Below, piece by piece: positions 60,254-64,000 of a stretch of 64,000 nt of DNA (the stretch's first letter is position 1; each line of letters opens with the position of its first letter). Source of the DNA: Candidatus Binatia bacterium (lineage in GTDB: Bacteria > Desulfobacterota > Binatia > UBA9968 > JAJDTQ01). The notes beneath the pieces are model-generated. The model ran no database searches, was not told where the DNA came from, and worked only from the letters and a program-made list of their open reading frames with translations. The translations under genes and the position numbers were made by a program. The stretch covers positions 3,680,001 to 3,744,000 of the forward strand of contig OY762897.2 in assembly GCA_963666515.2 (NCBI GenBank). Direction: 5' to 3'.

Positions 60254-61729
60254 TCAGAACTCGTGGGCGGGAGAGGCGACGATGGGCCAGATGCCGCGTT
60301 CGAGTTTCTCGTAAGGCGTGGTGCGCGGGTCGTGCGGATACGGCGCGCCGCTGTCGACGTACAGCACGCGATCAGTCAGCGCCGAGAAGGCCGCTCGAAA
60401 GTGGTTGGTGGACTTGACCACCAGCAGGGACTTGCTGGACGGATCGATTCCGACGCAGGAGAAGATGTCCGGGGTGTAGGCCTGCACCCGGTTCTCGCAG
60501 AGGACGACCTCGATGTCCTCGTCGAGCCGGATCGCCGCGCACCTTCCGAGCCTCGCGATGGATCCGCCGAAGCGCATGAAGCCGTTCTCGCACAGGCCGG
60601 AGACCGTCACGTTCGCGTCCACCGGTTCCCCGAGGCCCGGACCGGACTTGGCGCCGAAGCGAAGCGGGATGCGCGCGCCCGCACCGGCGGCGAAACAGAA
60701 CTGCACGGCGATGGGGTCCCAGATGCCCGCGACCGCGGCGCCGCCGATGCACCGGTCGACGATCTCGCGCAGGATCACGGTCGAGTCTCCCGCCATGCCC
60801 CCGCCGGGATTGTCCCATACGTCCGCGATCACCAGCGGGCCGTTGCCGGACTGGGTGTCGAGCCGGTCGAGGGCTTCGGACGGCGCCAGCATCTTCATCC
60901 TCGTCTTGCCCCGCATCGCATACAGCTCCAGTCCGAGCTTGCGCGCCAGGATGCGGCCTTCCTGCGGGGCGTTGTCGGTGACGACGATGACTTTCGTCCC
61001 CATCTCCGGGACGTCCCCCGCGAGGAATCCGTGCACCATGGAGATGGACAGGACGTGGGGGAGGTCGCGCTCCAGCGCCGAGAGCCGGTCGACGAATGCC
61101 CGGGTCGATGCCTCCGTGGTCGGAAACACGTCGATCATCCGGCAGTCGAACAGGGAGATCCGCGGCCTCACTTCCCCCCGCACCGCGCGGGCGACGATTT
61201 CGACCAGTTCCCGGGCGCGCTCCATGACGTCGGTGTGCGGGAACTCCTTGAAGGTGATGGCCACGTCCAGAGCCTCCGCGCAGCGGCGCGTAAAGTGGCT
61301 GTGGGGGTCGAAGGTGGCGCCGACCACCGTCTCGCCGCCGACGATCCCGCGCACCTCCGACAGCAGATCGCCTTCGCAGTCCTCGATGCCCTGGGCCACC
61401 ATGGCGCCGTGCAGGCCGAGCAGGACCCCGTCCAGGGGCATGGCGTCGCGGATCTGGTTCAGGATCTCGTCACGCAACTGCACGTAGGCCGCGCAACTGA
61501 CGATGCCGCCCGGTTCCGCCCATGCCGCGCTCCCCTCGATGGCCTCGATGGCGTCGCCCATGCGGTCGCGGTACTCGCGCAGGGCGATGAAGGGCGCGCT
61601 GCACAGGGAGGGAACGTCCGGATGCTGGCCCGGGGGGAAATAGAAATTGTCCCGGAAGTCCTGCAGATCGGTGAACACCGGCGAGAAGGTGTTCGTTTCG
61701 GTCGCCAGCGATGCCACGAACAGTCTCAT
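60254..61729 (-). CDS. M81 family metallopeptidase (MlrC-like)
   Basis: ATETNTFSP, LHGAMV, DCEGDLL, DPHSH, EFPHTD, DNPGGG, VVKSTNHFRA. Confidence 0.93.
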   Translation of the reverse strand: MRLFVASLATETNTFSPVFTDLQDFRDNFYFPPGQHPDVPSLCSAPFIALREYRDRMGDAIEAIEGSAAWAEPGGIVSCAAYVQLRDEILNQIRDAMPLDGVLLGLHGAMVAQGIEDCEGDLLSEVRGIVGGETVVGATFDPHSHFTRRCAEALDVAITFKEFPHTDVMERARELVEIVARAVRGEVRPRISLFDCRMIDVFPTTEASTRAFVDRLSALERDLPHVLSISMVHGFLAGDVPEMGTKVIVVTDNAPQEGRILARKLGLELYAMRGKTRMKMLAPSEALDRLDTQSGNGPLVIADVWDNPGGGMAGDSTVILREIVDRCIGGAAVAGIWDPIAVQFCFAAGAGARIPLRFGAKSGPGLGEPVDANVTVSGLCENGFMRFGGSIARLGRCAAIRLDEDIEVVLCENRVQAYTPDIFSCVGIDPSSKSLLVVKSTNHFRAAFSALTDRVLYVDSGAPYPHDPRTTPYEKLERGIWPIVASPAHEF

Positions 61730-61811
61730 GACGGGTTCTCTTGCGGATCGGCCGATGGGTGGGCGTGATGATACCGGCAGCCCGCGGGGGGCGCAACAGG
61801 CATGGATGCGC

Positions 61812-62669
61812 TCACGACCGGGTCCTGCTGGCGAAGGCGGCCCGCAGCCGCGGATCGAGCCGGTCGCGCACGGCGTCGCCCACCAGGTTCAACGAGAACG
61901 CCGACAGCGCGATCATCAGCCCGGGGAACAGCAGCAGCCAGGGCGCCCGCGTGATGTATATCCGCGACTCGCTCAGCATGTTGCCCCAGGTCGGCGTTTC
62001 GGGCGGAACGCCGAGCCCCAGGAAGTCGAGGGAAGCCGCCTGCAACTGGGCAAAGGCGAACACGAAGCTCGCCTGCACGAACAGCGGCGACATGAGGTTC
62101 GGCAGGATGTGCCGGAATATGATGCGTCCGGTCCCGGCGCCCATGGCCTGCGCCGCATCCACCCAGGTCGCCGCTTTCAACCGGAGCGATACGCCGTACA
62201 CGATGCGCGAGGTGGTGGTCATGTAGACCACGCCGATGGCCAGGATCGAGTTCTCCACGCCGCGACCCAGCACCACGATCAGGGCCAGCGCCAGCAGCAG
62301 GGCCGGAAACGCCATCAGCACGTCGACGACGCGCATGAGGAACATGCCGAGGCGGGGGAAGAGCGCCGACACGACGCCGAAGGCGACGCCGCCGCCCAGG
62401 GCGATGGCGACCACGCCGATGCCGATGAGCACCGCCATCCGGGAGCCGTGGATCACCCGGGACAGGGTGTCCCGGCCGAAGTGGTCGGTGCCGAACCAGT
62501 GCCCGGCGCCCGGCGGCGACAGGCGCGCAAGCGGATCGATGGCGATCGGGTCCGCCGGCGCCAGCCACGGCGCAAAGAGCGCGCACACGGTGAGCGCCGC
62601 GACGATGACGAGTCCCGCCAAGGCGAGTTTCCGCCCGCCCAGGCCGAGGCGTGCCGCAACCCGGATCAT
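61812..62669 (-). CDS. Peptide/nickel ABC transporter permease (DppC-like)
   Basis: HWFGTDHFGRD.LSR, DAAQAMGA, RHILPN, FLGLG, NLVGDAVRDRLDP. ATG 62669 overlaps the upstream stop. Confidence 0.93.
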   Translation of the reverse strand: MIRVAARLGLGGRKLALAGLVIVAALTVCALFAPWLAPADPIAIDPLARLSPPGAGHWFGTDHFGRDTLSRVIHGSRMAVLIGIGVVAIALGGGVAFGVVSALFPRLGMFLMRVVDVLMAFPALLLALALIVVLGRGVENSILAIGVVYMTTTSRIVYGVSLRLKAATWVDAAQAMGAGTGRIIFRHILPNLMSPLFVQASFVFAFAQLQAASLDFLGLGVPPETPTWGNMLSESRIYITRAPWLLLFPGLMIALSAFSLNLVGDAVRDRLDPRLRAAFASRTRS

Positions 62670-63613
62670 CGGAACTTCACCCTCGGGTCCAGCCAGGCGT
62701 AGAGGACGTCCACGACCAGATTGATCACCAGGTAGAGGAGGACGATCATGAGAATCGTCCCCTGGATGACCGGATAGTCGCGTCTCAGGATCGATTGCAC
62801 GACCATGCGGCCGACCCCGGGGAGGGCGAACACGGTCTCGGTCACCACCGCCTCGGAGATCAGTGCGGCGATGGTGAACCCGATGGCCGAGACCACCGTC
62901 AGCATGGCGTTCCGGAATACGTGCCGGACCACCACCCGGACCGGGTGAATGCCCTTGGCCCGCGCGGTGCGCACGTAGTCCTCGTGGTACACCTCCAGCA
63001 TGCTGGCCCGGGTCAGTCGGATGATGAGCGCCGCGTTCGGCGCGGCCAAGGCGATGGACGGCAACAGCAGGTGGCGCAGGTTCGCCACCCCGCCTTCGCC
63101 GAAGACCGAAGGATAGCCGGAACTCGGCAGCCACTTCAGCATGGCCGCGAAGATCAGGATCAGGTACAGGCCCACCCAGAAGGTGGGAACCGACGCCAGG
63201 AACATCGAGATTCCCGACAGGCCCTGATCGAGCCAGCTTCCCCGGCGGGCCGCGGCGAGCATCCCGATGGGAAGCCCGAGGACGATGATCCAGACCATGG
63301 TGAAGAGCGCCAGCAGAAAGCTGGTCTCCAGGCCGTCGATGATCAGTTCCAGCACCGGGACCTGGAAGAAGATGGAGTCGCCCAGGTCGCCCCGGACGAC
63401 GGCGGACAGCCAGCGGACGTACTGACTGGCGAGAGATTCTTCGAGCCCCATCGCGGCCCGGAGCGCCGCGACCTCTTCCGGAGTGGCCTGGTCCCCGAGC
63501 ATGATCGCCGCGGGGTCGCCCGGGATCAGCCGGATGAAGACGAATATGAGGAAGGACGCCGCCAACAGGGTCGGCAGGAAGATCCCGATCCGGCGAATCA
63601 GGTAGCGGAGCAC
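62666..63613 (-). CDS. Peptide/nickel ABC transporter permease (DppB-like)
   Basis: PGDPA, GDLGDS, DYVRTARAKG, ETVFALPGVG, RDYPVIQG, LDPRV. Confidence 0.95.
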   Translation of the reverse strand: MLRYLIRRIGIFLPTLLAASFLIFVFIRLIPGDPAAIMLGDQATPEEVAALRAAMGLEESLASQYVRWLSAVVRGDLGDSIFFQVPVLELIIDGLETSFLLALFTMVWIIVLGLPIGMLAAARRGSWLDQGLSGISMFLASVPTFWVGLYLILIFAAMLKWLPSSGYPSVFGEGGVANLRHLLLPSIALAAPNAALIIRLTRASMLEVYHEDYVRTARAKGIHPVRVVVRHVFRNAMLTVVSAIGFTIAALISEAVVTETVFALPGVGRMVVQSILRRDYPVIQGTILMIVLLYLVINLVVDVLYAWLDPRVKFR

Positions 63614-63694
63614 GTTCGACTTCCAGTCGCTTCGGATGATCGATGCCGCTCAGCATAACCGGCAATCAACGGCCTGATTCGCACAGAGCCGGTG

Positions 63695-63739
63695 GGAAAG
63701 CAACGGCGCACTGCCGGCCGCCGGGCGCCGTTGCTTTCC
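63695..63739. terminator. Intercistronic hairpin after the ABC binding-protein gene
   Basis: GGAAAGCAACGGCGC / GCGCCGTTGCTTTCC 15-bp stem. Confidence 0.6.
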
Positions 63740-63745
63740 GGCGGG

Positions 63746-64000
63746 TCACTTCGACACGCCCCAGAAGTGCGGCCAGATCAGGGTCGTGGCCTTGATTCCC
63801 GAAAGCCTGGGCGACGCGATGTTGTACGTGTAGACGTCGCCCGTCTTCATCGTCGGCACCTGGGTGTAGATCAGCGACTGGAGCTTCGCCCAGGTGGCCT
63901 TGCGGTCGGCCGGGTCGTTGGTGGCGGTGAAGGCGGACTTGAGCGCCTGCTTCTCGCCGGTCGCCCACCAGCCCGGGTAGTTGTCGTTCATCACCGAGAT
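63746..64000 (-). CDS. Peptide ABC transporter substrate-binding protein, C-terminal part (runs off the window)
   Basis: YPGWW...DPADRKATWAKLQSLIYTQVP...PHFWGV, typical family 5 binding-protein C-terminus upstream of dppB/C. Confidence 0.85.
   Translation of the reverse strand: MSVMNDNYPGWWATGEKQALKSAFTATNDPADRKATWAKLQSLIYTQVPTMKTGDVYTYNIASPRLSGIKATTLIWPHFWGVSK

Overview
High-GC, Gram-negative bacterial chromosome segment (lpxA, lnt, a beta-barrel outer-membrane protein). The gene repertoire of amidohydrolase_2 paralogues, LLM oxidoreductases, a bicupin and TAXI-TRAP resembles uncultured Deltaproteobacteria/Binatia-type organisms, but that is inference only. Housekeeping genes (mltG, thiD, plsY, lpxA, yacG, gpmI, polA, tRNA-Gly, ftsB, eno, rnd, lnt) are mixed with catabolic and transport genes. 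An accessory, defence-like stretch at about 13.7-30.6 kb holds a Fic protein, a type II restriction-modification pair, VapBC and HigBA modules, and a large AT-richer gene. That gene is split by an IS1380-family element with a TACA(C) target duplication; removing the IS in silico restores one 1229-aa ORF with a C-terminal PD-(D/E)xK nuclease motif, the best candidate here for an undescribed system. Other notable items are a stand-alone LexA/UmuD C-terminal domain lacking both the catalytic lysine and the cleavage site, an Actinobacteria-like polA, an orphan diiron protein opposite a TAXI-TRAP transporter, two decayed genes, and three families of short palindromic repeats, several of which supply stop codons or terminal codons to neighbouring genes. 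No CRISPR array, rRNA, integrase or prophage was seen. All family calls come from motif recognition by eye, with no database search.
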